64,000 nt of DNA from Octopus sinensis (GCF_006345805.1 NC_043007.1:50468001-50532000), one strand, 5' to 3'; numbered from the stretch's first letter, positions 40,426-54,985 are shown. The notes: generated from the letters alone by a model not told the origin. Numbers and translations: made by a program.

Positions 40426-40976
40426 GACGACTACAACAAACATTTTCTGCACGAAACCTTAAGCTATTAATCGTTCATAAAAGTTATTCCCCTTTGTGAA
40501 ATATTTGCTCTAGTAACGCTTAACTCATTCCAGTAATTGTATTACAGGATTCTACGATTTAATGATATATATCTCCGATTTTCGATCAAAAGTTGCTTAG
40601 GAACAGGTAATCTGTTGTCGAGGAAACGTATTCTTCAAAAACATTTCAGCCATGAACATCTCGTCGTTATGGTTATGTTAACTATTATGCCATTCTTTAA
40701 ACTAGGTGCTTGTAATTTGAAAGAGATTTGGTGATTATTTTCATCATATCGTTCTTTAGTTGAGGCATAACTATGGTCTCTTGATGTGAAAAGTTTTCAA
40801 GTTTTGTAGATGTTAGTTAAACTTAAATATTCAATAAATTTTCTGTAACAAAGTTTCTTCAATGCATTTTCTTCGGATTATCTATGGAAGATCTTAGAAT
40901 TTAAATTACATTTAAATTACTCACACGCATACCATCAATCAAATTTACTTGATGCTAGTTGTATGCACACACACAC

Positions 40977-41028
<52 letters not shown>

Positions 41029-41049
41029 GTGCGTGTGTGTGTGTGTGTG

Positions 41050-41950
41050 TGTACATCGGTCAAACGGGACGCCGCTTAGCTGATCAGTTCGCGGGGACAT
41101 CAGACTCGGCAATGACACCCCGGGTCTCGCGCCATTTCCACTCTACCGGTCATTCACTTCCAATACCTGTCTGAGTTCGGATTGTCTTTGCACAGGGGGC
41201 TTCCGGACTCCCACCTTCGCCGTGAACAAGAATTAATTTTCTCTCTTTGCTCCTTTATTCTTAATGGACTCAACTCCCTTCTCTTCATCTGACTCCCCTC
41301 CTTTCCTCTCTTCATCTGGCACCTACTTCCTCTCTTCACTCCTACCCTCCACACCTCCCCTCTCTTCCTCTGACAACTACTTCCTTTCTTCACTCCTACC
41401 CACCTTCACTCTTCACTCCTACCCACCTCTCTTCATTGATCCCCCTCAATCCACACCCATATCCACATCCACACACAACCCCGCACACCTCCACACTACC
41501 CACTACATAACACCCTACCCCACACCACCTAACACCACTCCACACACACACTGGTACTGACCACTTCCAAGCACCCACCACACACCATCATCCGCACACC
41601 CACACATCATCAACTATACACCCACACATTACAGACACACACGTCAAAGTCACTAGCCCCTATCCACACACATGCACTCGCACCTTAGCTTGGGGATCAC
41701 CAATACTTTATTATCTCCCCTTCTTTCTACCTCTCCTGTCAAACCTTTGTTTTTTTTCAACCAGTCGCCATGCTTGACCGCTAAACCCACAAGTTTTTAA
41801 AAGTTTTCTCTCCGTTTATCTTCTCTTATTCGTTACTGTTGAAGAGCGTAGGTTTGAAACGAAAAAGACTTTTTCACTTTCCCGACCATCAAATAAACCT
41901 GCTTGTTGTTCATACACTTGCTTTCGTCTTTTGTTTTTCTGTAAATTTGA
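41050..41950 (+). mobile_element. Penelope-like element 3' part: GIY-YIG endonuclease C-terminus and pseudo-LTR with a decayed HHR (about 41836-41868)
   Basis: YIGQTGRRLAD...SRHFHSTGHS...RREQELIFSLCSFILNGLNS. The downstream CTGTTGAAGAGCGTAGGTTTGAAACG resembles the 8636/28178 HHR layout. Confidence 0.75.
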
Positions 41951-42327
41951 ACTATATATATATATATATATACATATATATATCTGTGTGTGTGTGTATG
42001 TATATATATATATGTTTATATATGTATGCATGAGCGGATATATGCATCAGTATGTGTGTATACTTTTACTTAATTTCTTCCTTGTGAATACCTGTGTGTG
42101 TATATATATATATTATATATATATATATGCATGTATTGTGATGTGTGGGTATGTATATAAGCATGTGTGTAGGTATACGTATGCGTGTATATGTAGATGT
42201 GTGTATACATGTGTGCACCTGAATATATAATGTATACATGTGTTTGAGTGCGCACCTGCATGTACGTGCAAACTTTTGTGGAGTACAAATTTATTACTCT
42301 TAAACAAAAATATCATTGAAAATAACT

Positions 42328-42773
42328 TCGAAGTTTCGGGCAGTTAAGCCATCGTCGAACTACGAAGCATCGAAATTAATCTTGGTTTTATATATTCTCT
42401 GTCAGGTTAAAATCTTCCTAGGGTGTGTGGGTTTGAGTGGTGTGGTAATTAGGTTTTAGAGTGGGTTGTTATGGAAAGGTATTTTGGAGAAATATTTGTT
42501 GATTAAAATTGGGATGATTTTCAGAGCACCTAAATATGCGCATTTGCTTAAAAAGTTTTATATACATCAATAAATTCTAAACAATTAGCCCAACCAGAAA
42601 TTTAATCAATAACAGTTTCTCAAAACACCTCTCCATAACGATTAAACCTGAAACATAAATACTTCTGCATTCAAACCCACATGCCCAAGGAAGATTTTAA
42701 CTCAACAGAAACTATATAACGCCCAGATAAACTTCAGTTTGTCCGACGATTGCTTAACTGGCCGAGACTTCGA
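42328..42773. mobile_element. Foldback/MITE-like element with ~180-bp imperfect inverted arms
   Basis: CGAAGTTTCGGGCAGTTAAGCCATCGTCG mirrors CGACGATTGCTTAACTGGCCGAGACTTCG. The inner blocks GTTAAAATCTTCCT..GG..TGTGGGTTTGA.TG and GTTATGGA.AGGT.TTTTG are also mirrored. Confidence 0.75.
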
Positions 42774-44537
42774 CTCACTGTTAATAATATTTTTGTTTAA
42801 ATACATATCAATATGCATTTATGTATATATGTATACATGTACGTATGTACTTTCGTATGTATGTATGTATGAATGGATGGATGGATGGATGATGGATGGA
42901 TGGATGGATGGATCAATGGAATGTAGAACTAAGTGATTTATTCGGTGAGAAGAATTACCACCTGTACGCAAAAATACAAGACTCAGTGCAGAAACTTTGA
43001 GGAAAAGTTAGCTGAAATAGTGTTATTGGTTAGAATGTTGGCACCAAATATATTTGAATAACATGGAGTTAGTGTTTATGTGTCTTCATCTCGCCACCTG
43101 AATCCCAGATTGGCATAATAAATTCTTTAGGAGTTTCGTACGGAAATGAATGCCATATCATTCCATATCCTGAAAAATTTATACATATGAAAACCATTCA
43201 TGGATACATATGAGCGCACACACACACATACACACATTTATACGTAGATACATGCATACACACACACACACACACACAGACACATATAATATGTGTGTAT
43301 GTATATTTATATATATGTATATTGTGTGTGTACGTATGTATATATATATATATATATATACGTATATCTATACATAAATACTGTGTGTGTGTGTGTGTGT
43401 GCGTAAGGGGTGAGAGAGAGAAAGAAAGTGTTGGAAATATATTTTCTTTCTAGCACGTTTTATTGAAGACACGATTGTAATGGCAGCGAATCATATTTTA
43501 TTAACGATCTTTTATATTTCTTTATTACTGCTTTATATCGAATTCAGAACATTAAACCCAAGTCCATTAACATCTCAAGACCTTCTCAATCTTGTGTTCA
43601 GAATAAAGTGAATGAGTTTGATCGCTACGATTCGTCGTAGACATTCATGATAATTGAAATGATGATGTAACTGTTAAACTGTTCTTCGCTTAACTTAAAC
43701 TACCTAATTGTTAATTTCTACTTACTCTCAGTAGCCAGTAACTGTCAGTCTGTCATTGGGTTTAAGTAGCTGAGATGGAGAATCTGTTGATTGTTGTTTT
43801 TATGTTTTTATATTACTAAAGCTTCCATAGTTAGTCTTTTAGTGGAATCATTTGCATGAGACGATGGTAGTCTTATCAACTAATGTTTTTCTGTCTATTT
43901 CCTTTTTGTGTTCCATGTTTCTGCTATGTGCAACATCTAGCTCTTTGCGGAAAATGGGACTATTTAGGAACGACAGATCTGGGGCGAATGCAAAGCGCTA
44001 TGCTCAAGAAATAACACTATCTTCAGTATGTTTGGGCTCAAAATGACCATAGGAATCACTTTGGTATTGGTCAACCTCCAGGATATATAGAACTTAACAA
44101 CCAATAACCAACTCAACGATATTAAATAGGAATAGCTAAACACGTAAACAGCTTCTCCCCCATTGAAACAAATTATGTCAAGACCGAAAACAAGCACAAC
44201 CACAAACTTGCTCACAAACTTTTTAAAACATATTTATTTTTGTATAGCATCCTTCATTATTAATAACAAAAAGAAAAGTATTATGTGGATTGGCTTATCT
44301 ACCATTTATCAAGGGTGCTATAATCCGGGCCTGTGCGTGTACTATACAATCCTCACATCATATATATTTCCAGTACATTATTACTTGTGATGTACATCCT
44401 TAACCCATGATAGGAGAAATGTCTTTCAGAAGTATAAACTCCTAGAATATCAATATTACAGCATTTAGTTCAAACTCCAACAGAGTTGTTGCTATATTTC
44501 ATAAACGGGTTGATAAACACAATAAATATCACTAATA

Positions 44538-44720
44538 GGTGCAGGAGTGGCTGTGTGGTAAGTAGCTTGCTTACCAACCACATGGTTCCAGGTTCAGTCC
44601 CACTGTGTGGCACCTTAGGCAAGTGTCTTCTACTATAGCCTCGGGCCGACCAAAGCCTTGTGAATGGATTTGGTAGACGGAAACTGAAAGAAGTCCGTCA
44701 TATATATGTATATGTATATA
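44538..44720 (+). mobile_element. tRNA-headed SINE 5' half
   Basis: GGTGCAGGAGTGGCTGTGTGGTAAGTAGCTTGCTTACCAACCACATGGTTCCAGGTTCAGTCCC...GAAACTGAAAGAAG. Confidence 0.88.
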
Positions 44721-45641
44721 TATACATATATATGTGTAGAACTACATTTTCTAATTTTTCGTATCCTTAAGACAGTTATGCGAGATATTTGAGGAAGATT
44801 TTGCAGCTATATCTTAAGGGTCGAACGCCCACTATAGGCGCTCCCTTACTGATTTATGATTTACTTATATTTCTTGCATTTACCATTTTATTCTGTATTT
44901 TTACAGTTTACCGAATTGTCGACTACAAAGAATGTTACCTGCTCTAAACTGGAATTCTATCCTGAACTACGGTAGAGACAGAGTTATCTCTCCCCAGTGG
45001 CATGGATGATGGAACAAAGCTACGATAGAAAACTCGTTGAGTTATTTGAGGCCATTTTTTATATAGTAAACTGATTTGTGACAGTCTCGTTCAATTACAC
45101 ATATAGCCTTATATTCACTTTTTTGCTTCAATTTGTTGATAATATTCTATACTATAAAGTTTCAACAAATTTCATTCTACATCTGCGACCTGAACAGTGT
45201 CTCAGTTTTGTTAAGAAGCAATGAAACACACCAAGTCAATTGCCAAGCAGCTATGTATAACTTCGAAATATATTCCATTTAATTTACTCATTGCCATTCT
45301 CCTACGAATTTGTCAATTGTACTTCAATGAGGAACCGATATTGCATGGGATAAAGGAAATCAATGATTAGAAGTAAAAGAGAAAAATTGTCAGAAAAGAG
45401 AGGAATGAATGTTTTTTTTTTAAATCTTTATTTTAAAATGGTAGCATGCAATTTGAAACCTTTGCTTCTGGAGCTTCGCAATGAAACTCGAGAACATTAG
45501 TCAATAATGAAAATTATTTGAAATGTTTAACTGTAAAATTTAAAACAGAGCAAAATCATTTATTTCATCGTCATCATCATTGACATCGACGTTTCCTTTA
45601 TCGTCCTCGTCGTTATCGTCATCATCGTCATCGTCATCATC

Positions 45642-45673
<32 letters not shown>

Positions 45674-45677
45674 CATT

Positions 45678-45712
<35 letters not shown>

Positions 45713-46329
45713 TTTTCTAATTTTCACAAATCATACATTGATTTCCTACTTTCATTTCGCTACTGAGGTATATACAATGTTTGCTATTTGCCAGGGTATT
45801 GCCATTACTCTCAGCAATGCATTTACGGCGCTTTGTGCAGCTATTTTCTCAAAGCTGTGTACCTTTGTAAGTTTTGTTGTTTTCAATATTATTCTACAAT
45901 TTTTTTAATGAATACCAACACTCATATTATATATAAGGAGTCTTTCTTTTCACTTCTCTCACTTTGAATAGATAATGATCTGTTCCAAGATCATTATATT
46001 TGAATTGTTTCTTTTTTTTTCGGAAATTCATTATTATTCGTTCATATAATTGATATTTCGATTAAACACTAACACTTTTTCTCAATATCTCTCGTAACAA
46101 TACTCAGAGGATTAGCCTTAATCAGTCTCTGACTGTCTGTGTGGATTATGTCTTATTTTGCCATTCTCTGAGACCCTGTCGGTATTTCATAATACTGTCA
46201 TAATGTTCAGTGTGTGAAAGCCGTAATCATTCTAATGTCCGTATATGTTATCTCCCCTGGCTACACCTAGGGCTAATACACATACATACATACATTACAA
46301 GTTCCCCCAGCTACAAACGTATTTACTAG

Positions 46330-47880
46330 TAATTTTACCCCAATGTCCACATATTGTACATATAAGTGTTGAATGGTGTAAAAGTTTGGTCCTGAAACGC
46401 AATCAAAGTTTCTTCAACCTCACTTCTAAAACTCTGCTGATATCCTTCAACGTTTATTTTCCTGTGTTTGGACTTTTTAGATATTGACCAAGTAGTTGCT
46501 TGTCTTTAACAGCGTTTTAGCATGGTATATTGTGGCCTTTTGTCGTGACTAATTGAAAATATAACTATAGCATTTTTTTCACTGCAATAGCTCTAATATA
46601 GATAATTTTTTTACCTTATTTTGTATTTATCTAGAATATATTTTACTTGTATTTCTATCCCTATTTCATTAATTTCGACGTATTGTAGCTATGTGTTTCG
46701 TTTAATTCTCCTAGTTCTGTATATTTGTCGAACAAGATATTAGTATTTCTTTATCATTTCTTTATTCAACGTTGAATTCACATTTTTGTCTAACTTAATA
46801 TCACATATCGATTCTTGTAGAAAATATGGGTACAATGGCTCAAGATCTTTCTTTATCAACTGCAGCATACAACTAAAGATTGGCTATGTGAAAAAGATGG
46901 GTTTTGTTCCCCCATAATGTTTGATTTCGAGTCTAGGTAAAGTTAACATGATGGTAACGATGTTAGCGCCAAACAGAAAAGAGGTGGACAAAAGAAATTC
47001 CATTCGAATTCTTTTCTTCAAATACAGACGGAATTTGTTGTTGTTTTCAAACCTTCTTGTGTGTATATCTGCAGGGTTGTTTGCCATTCGCTGATCATAT
47101 TTTTCACGTATCTGCATATTATTGGTATCGCCAAATTTATTCATAGTTAATGTTTCTAAGATCCACGTGATAGTAATATTGTCGAATGTCTTTCCCGTAT
47201 ACCCTCTTGCTACAGTTTCCACTTAGAATTTTGCTGATCAGTAATTGACACTTACATATATATGTAACCATATGAGCCTTTACATCATCCCTTCTGGGCA
47301 AGAGTTTTTGAAAGTATTTATTTATCCTCTCCTATGTTATTGCACTTAAGTCCTTTTGTAAGCTGTGAGAGTGGGTGGGATGATCGCAGCTCTACGTTTT
47401 AGTGTATTTTTTGTTCCTCAACTCTCGGGGATTAACATGGTTTTTTCCCTTCACTGAGCCAGTCAGGTGTTCTTTCCGGCTTTTCCAATAGGTAATTGAA
47501 TATTTTTGCTAGTACCTTATACCTCCTTGTCAAATATTTCAACGAGAAGGTTGGGATATTATCATTTCCTGATTCCTTCCAGTCTTTTTTTTTCTTTTTT
47601 CTTGTAGATCTTGACTACCACCTAACCGGATATGTCTCCCCCCCCCCCATTACAAATATTCAGATGCTACGTTTATAGTTTTGAAAGATTTCTTCTGTGG
47701 ATTTCCCATCGCTGTCTTTATTCTTCCCCAGACTTTTCCTACTCCTCTTGATGTGGATACTGCCACTCATTTCAATATTTTTGCTAACTAATTTTGGCTT
47801 AAAGTCACAAAGAACCTGTTGTTTTTGAATCTTTCTGTAAATCAAGAACAGTTTCAACTTCAACTGAAAACTAGTTTAAA
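46330..47880 (-). mobile_element. Highly degraded R4/Dong-type LINE RT region
   Basis: DWKESGNDNIPTFSLKYL...TPDWLSEG, PPLFCLAL, THLFHIANL*LYA...FSTRIDM and EVEETLIAFQDQ match the R4/Dong motifs WKSPGPD.I.NFWLK, SPLLFCLAL, SHLFYMDDLKLYA and ETEG.IIAAQDQ. Confidence 0.65.
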
Positions 47881-48139
47881 ACAAAATAGAAATTGAATGC
47901 AGTGAAGAAGAATTATAAAAGTCTGGGTAGAATATAAACAGAGATGAGAGTACCACGGACATGATACTTCAAAACAAACGTAGCTTCTAAACATTTGTGG
48001 TTGAGGGAGGTACATTAGGTTAGAATGTTAAAAAAACTATACCTACTCGGCAAAAAATGATAAGTGTAGGTATGAGTTTGGGCATGTGCGTCTTACAATA
48101 ATCCATGTAAAGCAAGATATGATGGTTTCAAATATTGCA

Positions 48140-48570
48140 ACAACGCCAGCAATTTTGGAGGAAGAGTAAATGTATTACATCGACCCGGTGTTTGACTAGT
48201 ACTTATTTTTTGAATCCGAAAGGATGAGAGGCAAAGTTGACCTCAGCGAAATTTGAACAAAGGATGTAAAGACGAACGAAATGCCGCCAAGCATTTTGCC
48301 CGGCGTGCTACGATTCTGCCACTTCGCCGACTTAAAGGTATAATAAGAAATAATTGATATCGGACTGTTTGCTTTCCTTCTTCATTTCGCTACTTTATTA
48401 ATTTCACTTTTAGATACTCCGTTCTAATTTCAATTTCCGCCGAGCTCGACCTTGCTTTCATAATTTCGGGGTCGATGAAATAAGTGCTAGTTGAGTACTG
48501 TGGTCATTGTAATCGACGAGCCCCTCCTTCAGACTTTTAGGTCTTGAGCCTATATTAGAAAGGATTAATT
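48140..48570. mobile_element. Two old CORE-SINE fragments in opposite orientation
   Basis: About 48140-48330 (-) and about 48435-48570 (+), both matching the CORE family above. Confidence 0.7.
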
Positions 48571-49237
48571 TAAATACTCAGTTTTAATCTTCACACCTGA
48601 ACACACAGTGCACAATTGCTACTCCAACCACCGCCACACATTTCTTTATTTCCATCCAGCTTCACGTCATGTTTGCAATCTTCATGCCTGCATTCACACG
48701 AACACACGAACCCACACACACCAGCGCGCACGCACGTACACAAGCACATAGATTTTCTACCTCTCTTTCTCATCTTTCCTCCTCCCTTACCCACATTTTC
48801 ATCATATTTCTTTTCCCTCATAAATTTGTTCAGAAAAATAAACTTTTACAAAACGCACACACATTTATTCGCAATTACACACATACACACACACACATCT
48901 TCATATCCTCGCAGTAAAAAACATTCCATCATTTCCCATAAACTTCGTTCCCGATTCATATGCTTGTTGTTTTTCTTTCTTTATTCGCTCCAGAACAGCT
49001 CAAGATGGCTTGACTGAGAAATCCAAGGCAGACATTTCCTCTGATTGGTCCTTGGAGGCCAGCAATGTTAACTTAGGAAACAGAACTTTGGATAACTTAT
49101 AAAAGATTGGATTCTAATCTTGAAATCCAAACACGCAAGAATGTTTACATGTGTGGAACTAGTCTCCGAAACCAGCTGAGAAGTTATCAGGCAGAAGAAG
49201 TCAAAGAAAATGCCATGAAAATGTGGATTACTCACAA

Positions 49238-49306
<69 letters not shown>

Positions 49307-51470
49307 TATGTATATACATATATATATACAAATATATGCATATATGTATATATAATAATGTATATATGTATGAATATGTACATAATACGTACATGCACAC
49401 ACACACACACACACACATACACACACATGCCTGTATATGCGTTTCTGCGAGTGTTGTGTATGAACGTCAAGAGGGTGCGCGTGCATATGTGCTTCCGTCT
49501 CCGCACTCTCTTCTCTTTTCTCTTCTCTATGAGGGAATGACTTCCATCAAGCTCTTACCATTCTATTTCTTTAGGGCTTATTTGTTAGTTTAAATGGTAT
49601 TCATATAAACACAGCCAGTCTTTTACATTTACTTCCTTACATACGCACACATATTCACACACATCACACATACACACGTACATATATATATATATATATA
49701 TATAAAAATATATATATACATACGTACATACGTATGTGTGTATGTATGTATGTATGTATGTATGTATGTATGTATATCAACATATGTAGCCTTAATTTAC
49801 AAAAGTGTGAGGGCGTGTGTATATAAGTGATTTGAAATATACACATATAGATTTATACAGAGCATTATGAGCACATATGTCCACGCATATATGCATACAT
49901 ACATACATACATACATACATACATACATACAGTCATACATACAGGCATACACGAAAACATGCATACACACACACACGCACGCACAAACATATATAAGTAT
50001 ATAAAATATGTGTGCACTTTTAGTGTACGTTCCACATTTGTAGTTGTTTATTGCAGCTAGAGTGTATGTTTCTTTTAGTTCCCACATGTTTTATAAATAA
50101 ATATACTTTAGTCTGAGTATGTGGCTTAACAATCAACCCCACCATCCTTACACACACACACACACACACACACAACACACACACACACACATACATAGAT
50201 ATACACACTTACGTACACATACACGCACTTACATCTATATATTTGTGTGTTATGTTTGCATATTCAGTTTGTTTTATATAAAAGGCAATTGCTTTACCAG
50301 TAATCATCGTATTATATATATATTCCAGAAAATATTACAAATTATCCTGATTAACTAAGAAAGACAATTATCAAAGTTATAATACATTCAGAGTTTAAAC
50401 ATCATTGTAATTGATTACGTGTCTTGATTATTTGTCAAGAACTATCATCCACAAGCTAGTATCACTTGATACCTTATGTCATGCTTTCCCCAATTGTCTC
50501 AGGTGCCCTGGTAGTCTTTAGCAGACAGTCACTCTTTCTCAGCCTTCCTAATACTTGACTCAAAGAAACAACAAGGATGTAACCGCTGTAGATAGAAAAA
50601 TTGCATCATAACAAGGCTAGAACACACTTTGAAGTGCCTTATTTAGGAACACAACGCACTACATGATCGAAGAATCGAGTTCATAGCTATATCATCATGA
50701 GTGACACCTTAACCAATAGACCGGGCTCCACATTTTCTACGAACGTCCTTATGATAATGTCTATGTTGAACAAGATGCGGTGTGTATCAACATTTCTTCT
50801 GTTGTAAACATAGTCTCTCACTCAATCTCTCCCCCTCACTCTCCCCCTCTCTCTTTCTCTCCCTCCTCTTTCTTCTCCTTGTCCCTTACTTTATTCCCCA
50901 CTTTTGAATTATATGACTTCATATTTGATTGCTGAAGTAATAAGTTGGTTTGTTCACTGGTCTCCTTTAAATACGGTGTTTTGACTTAAGAAGGTGACAA
51001 AAATAAATGGTGTTTTCGGTGCCACATTTATACGTATCGATATGTTAGCATCATCATCATTATTAAAGTGTTCAACAAATGTACATCATAAAGGTCAAAC
51101 GCTCACAAATTCTAGTAGAATCTAATTTAGCCTTTGCTACATCAAAATAATTAATATACTTTTAGTCATCGAAAGCAAATCATTATTTCCTCACATGAAA
51201 GATTACTTTGATATCCAAATCACTAACGGAAATACAAATTCTGGTGAAATTTATTGTTGTTTGACTATCTATTGTCAAATTACTATGCCCTCAAATTAGA
51301 TAAATCTATAATTGGTTTTTGTGTAATTTTCAGACGAATCAGTAATAGTTATTTCATCATGGTTTGTTTGTTTTAATTCTAAGAATATTCTTGTTTAAAA
51401 AAAAACTTTTAGTTACTCTAATGGTGAGGTAGTGGATGGTTGAAAGTGACGATGGCGATGTTACAGTAGC

Positions 51471-51502
<32 letters not shown>

Positions 51503-51594
51503 ATGATGATTATGATGATGATGATGATGATGATGTTGACGATAATAGTGATGGTGATTGTAAAGGTAGTGGTGTTGGTGATGATGACTAGTGG

Positions 51595-51775
51595 TGGTGA
51601 CGGCGGTGGTGGCGACGGCGGTGGTGGCGACGGCGGTGGTGGCGACGGCGGTGGTGGCGACGGCGGTGGTGGCGACGGCGGTGGTGGCGACGGCGGTGGT
51701 GGCGACGGCGGTGGTGGCGACGGCGGTGGTGGCGACGGCGGTGGTGGCGACGGCGGTGGTGGCGACGGCGGCGGT
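51595..51775. repeat. GC-rich 15-bp minisatellite (GGCGACGGCGGTGGT)n, about 11-12 units
   Basis: Exact 15-bp periodicity across 51601-51770. Confidence 0.97.
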
Positions 51776-52233
51776 AGTGGTGAGGATAATGATAATGCTG
51801 TTGACGGGGGAGGTTCTGAAGGAGGTTATGGTGAATGTGGAATCGCTGCTGATTGTAGTTAATTGTGGCGATGTAGCTTTAACATAACTTTACTCTATGG
51901 TTGATATATTTCAAGACAGAGAGAAGATAGTTAAAAAATATACTGACAAAAACAAAGCGAAAAACAAAGTGTGCAAAAAATGAAAGACAAAATAAACAAA
52001 AATTCAAAGAAAAGTTAGAAGCAATGCAAGTATTAGTAAGTTATTCTTTGACAAGGTCTTCTTCTATGATCCAAGTGCCCCACCCCACTCTAAAAGAGTG
52101 CTAATAATTCCCACGTGGTGATGCTTCACATATTTTACTTATTATCATCGCTCTCGGCATTATGTCAAAATGCTATGGAAACCTCACAAGTAAACATAAT
52201 TATGAGAATCATTTATTATAAAATCACTTGTGT

Positions 52234-52281
<48 letters not shown>

Positions 52282-53520
52282 ATCTGTGCGTATAAGCGTG
52301 TGTATGCGTGTGTATATGTGCATGTATGTTTATACGTGTATGTATGTGTGTGTGTGTCTAATTGTGTGCGTAAGGAGCTGATTTAGTCATGTGTTTGTAG
52401 CTATGAGTATGTAATTGTATGTTCGTAACTGTGTGCATGTTTCTGTATATAAAAGTGTGTTTGTGTTTGCATAAATTTTTTGTATGCATGTGTAATTATG
52501 CGTATGTAGATGTGTACTGTTAATGTGCGTAATTCTATCTATGTAGCTACGTGCATGTGGCTGTATGTATGCTATTGTGTGAACACAACTGTGTGTATGT
52601 AGTTCTGTGTACGTGGCTGTGATTGTGTAGTTAGCTACGTGTGTATAGCTATATTCATCTATGTACGACTGAGTTTGTATATGTATGTAAATACATGCTT
52701 GTAATATGTAAGAATGTATGCAAATATTTGTGTGCTTCTGTATTCGCATATTATTATATATATGTGCGCATGTTTGCATGTATGTGTGCATGTTTGCAGG
52801 TATGTGTTTGCATGTTTGCATGTATGAGTGCATGAATGCAACTAGATGTATATGTTTGTATATGTTACTTCATATATATGTGCATGGTTGTATGTTCGTA
52901 ATTTGATAAATGTATGAATGTGCGCATGTTACTGAGTGCCTGTCTATATGATTGTGTATGCGTAATTGGATGTACGTGTGTTGATGATTGCGTGCGACAT
53001 GTAGGAGAAAGTGTGCGGGTGTGTATGTGTGTATGTACGTGTGCGCGCGCGTAGGTGTGAGTTTTAATGGGGGAGATGGAAAAACCCTAGTTAGTCACCG
53101 CATTGACAAAAGATGGTAATTAACAAAAGACAGGGATATAGACTAACATGCAGAGTGGGAGAGATAGGGGGTGAGGGAAAGAGAGAGCAAATAAAATGAG
53201 GGAGGGCAAAAAGAGATATAGAGAGGACAGACAGGCAGATCAAATGAGAAACAGCAAGAGACAAAGGATGAAATGTGGGTAATAGCAATTAAAGAAAGTT
53301 TCATTAGGTGAGAGTCAGATAATGAGGCAAGAAAAGAGTGAAAGAATTTGCTCAGAATACAAATGCGTGTATATGTGTCTGTGTGTGTGTCTGTGTGTGT
53401 ATCTGTGTGCGTGTATGTATGTATGTGTAAATATATACACACGCACATACGCACAATTCGGCAAAAACTGAATGTTCGTACGTCATTTTCAACAGGAGAG
53501 TCCATTATCATATATATAGG

Positions 53521-53603
<83 letters not shown>

Positions 53604-53662
53604 CATATACATACATATATATATACACACGCGCACACACGTACACACATGTATATATATAT

Positions 53663-53710
<48 letters not shown>

Positions 53711-53879
53711 ATTTTGTTTTTCGTAACTACGTACATACGTTTCTGTGTTTCAGATCTCTTCAGTAGAGGTTTTATGTCATGTCCATATTAACAATGCATT
53801 GGATTAAAAGAAGAATTACATTTAAATGGAAATTAATTTAGAGGAAACGTCATAGCTTGTATGCATGTGTCGTATTTTA

Positions 53880-54072
53880 CAGGGCGAGCCAAATTTCACC
53901 CGACAGTAAATCAAAATCCCATATATACTATCGGTAATTCTGTACTCACTCGAATGGAAAAATGTGTCGCTCAAGAAAGACTTCAATTTGAACAATTTTC
54001 ATGATGTTTCATATTTAGGTGCTTTTATTAAATAGGTTTGCTTTACTGTTAGGTGACTTTTGGACAACCCTG
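53880..54072. mobile_element. Tc1/mariner-type MITE (193 bp)
   Basis: TA-CAGGGCGAGCCAAATTTCACCCGACAGTAAA ... TTTACTGTTAGGTGACTTTTTGGACAACCCTG-TA: ~30-bp imperfect TIRs and TA flanks. Confidence 0.75.
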
Positions 54073-54256
54073 TATATATATATATAAAGCACAGAGATGC
54101 GTATTGGTGTTTTGTTTGTGAAGAATTAAATCAAATGAAGCCTATGTTTAAAGGGGATTAAATCACAAGAACTGTTTTCATTTCTCCTCCTCGATTTTGC
54201 TTTCCTTTAGTACTTTGTTCTAAATGAAATCTTGTTTTAACTCAAAAACGAAAACT

Positions 54257-54578
54257 GGTCTTCCACTGGGCCGACCAAAGCCTTGTGAGTAGACTTGGTT
54301 GACGGAAACTAGAAGAAGCCCATCGTTTATGTATGTGTGTATTTGTGTGTCTGTGTTTGTCACTCCACCATCACTTGACAACCGATGTTGGCGTGTTTAC
54401 GTCCCTTAGCGGTTAGGCAAACTTAGCAATTCGGCAAAACAGACCGATAGAATGAGTACTAGGCTTACAAGCAATAAGTCCTGGAGTTGATTTGTTCAGC
54501 ATGGTCGCAGTCAAGTGACCGAAACAAGTAAAAGAATATAAGAAAGGAATACATAAGCATACATATCACATATAGATA

Positions 54579-54615
<37 letters not shown>

Positions 54616-54985
54616 CCATACACATGTATGTGTATGTGTGTATAAATAGGCACCCACTCATCAACCACCCTAACACACACAGAAAATCCCTTATTTGTCA
54701 ATTTAAAACAGAAAGGATGTAATGTTGTTCTTTAATGTCAATTAATAACCAAGATTAATTAATCCTTTCTCCTTAAAATACATTGTTTTCTATCATTAGT
54801 ACAAAGATATAGGCACAGGAGTGGCACTATGGTTAGACGTTTGCTCCACAACCACATGGTTTTAGGTAGAGTCCTACTCTGTGGTTGTTTGCATAAGTAA
54901 CTTCTACTATAGTTCACTAGCAGATCAAAGCCTTTTGATTGGAGTTGGTTGGCAGAAACTAAAAGAAGCCTGTCGTGTGTGTGTG
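54257..54985 (+). mobile_element. Two tRNA-headed SINE remnants
   Basis: 54257-54545 (body and tail) and 54811-54985 (head). Confidence 0.78.

Noticed and set aside
40550-40607. Candidate short exon (CAG...GTAATC)
   Set aside because: Short, no homology recognised, cannot be supported without transcripts.
51473-51887. Gly-rich or extensin-like (SPPPP) protein ORF
   Set aside because: The ORF is entirely (GAT)n plus the 15-bp minisatellite, with no credible start, splice sites or unique flanking coding sequence.
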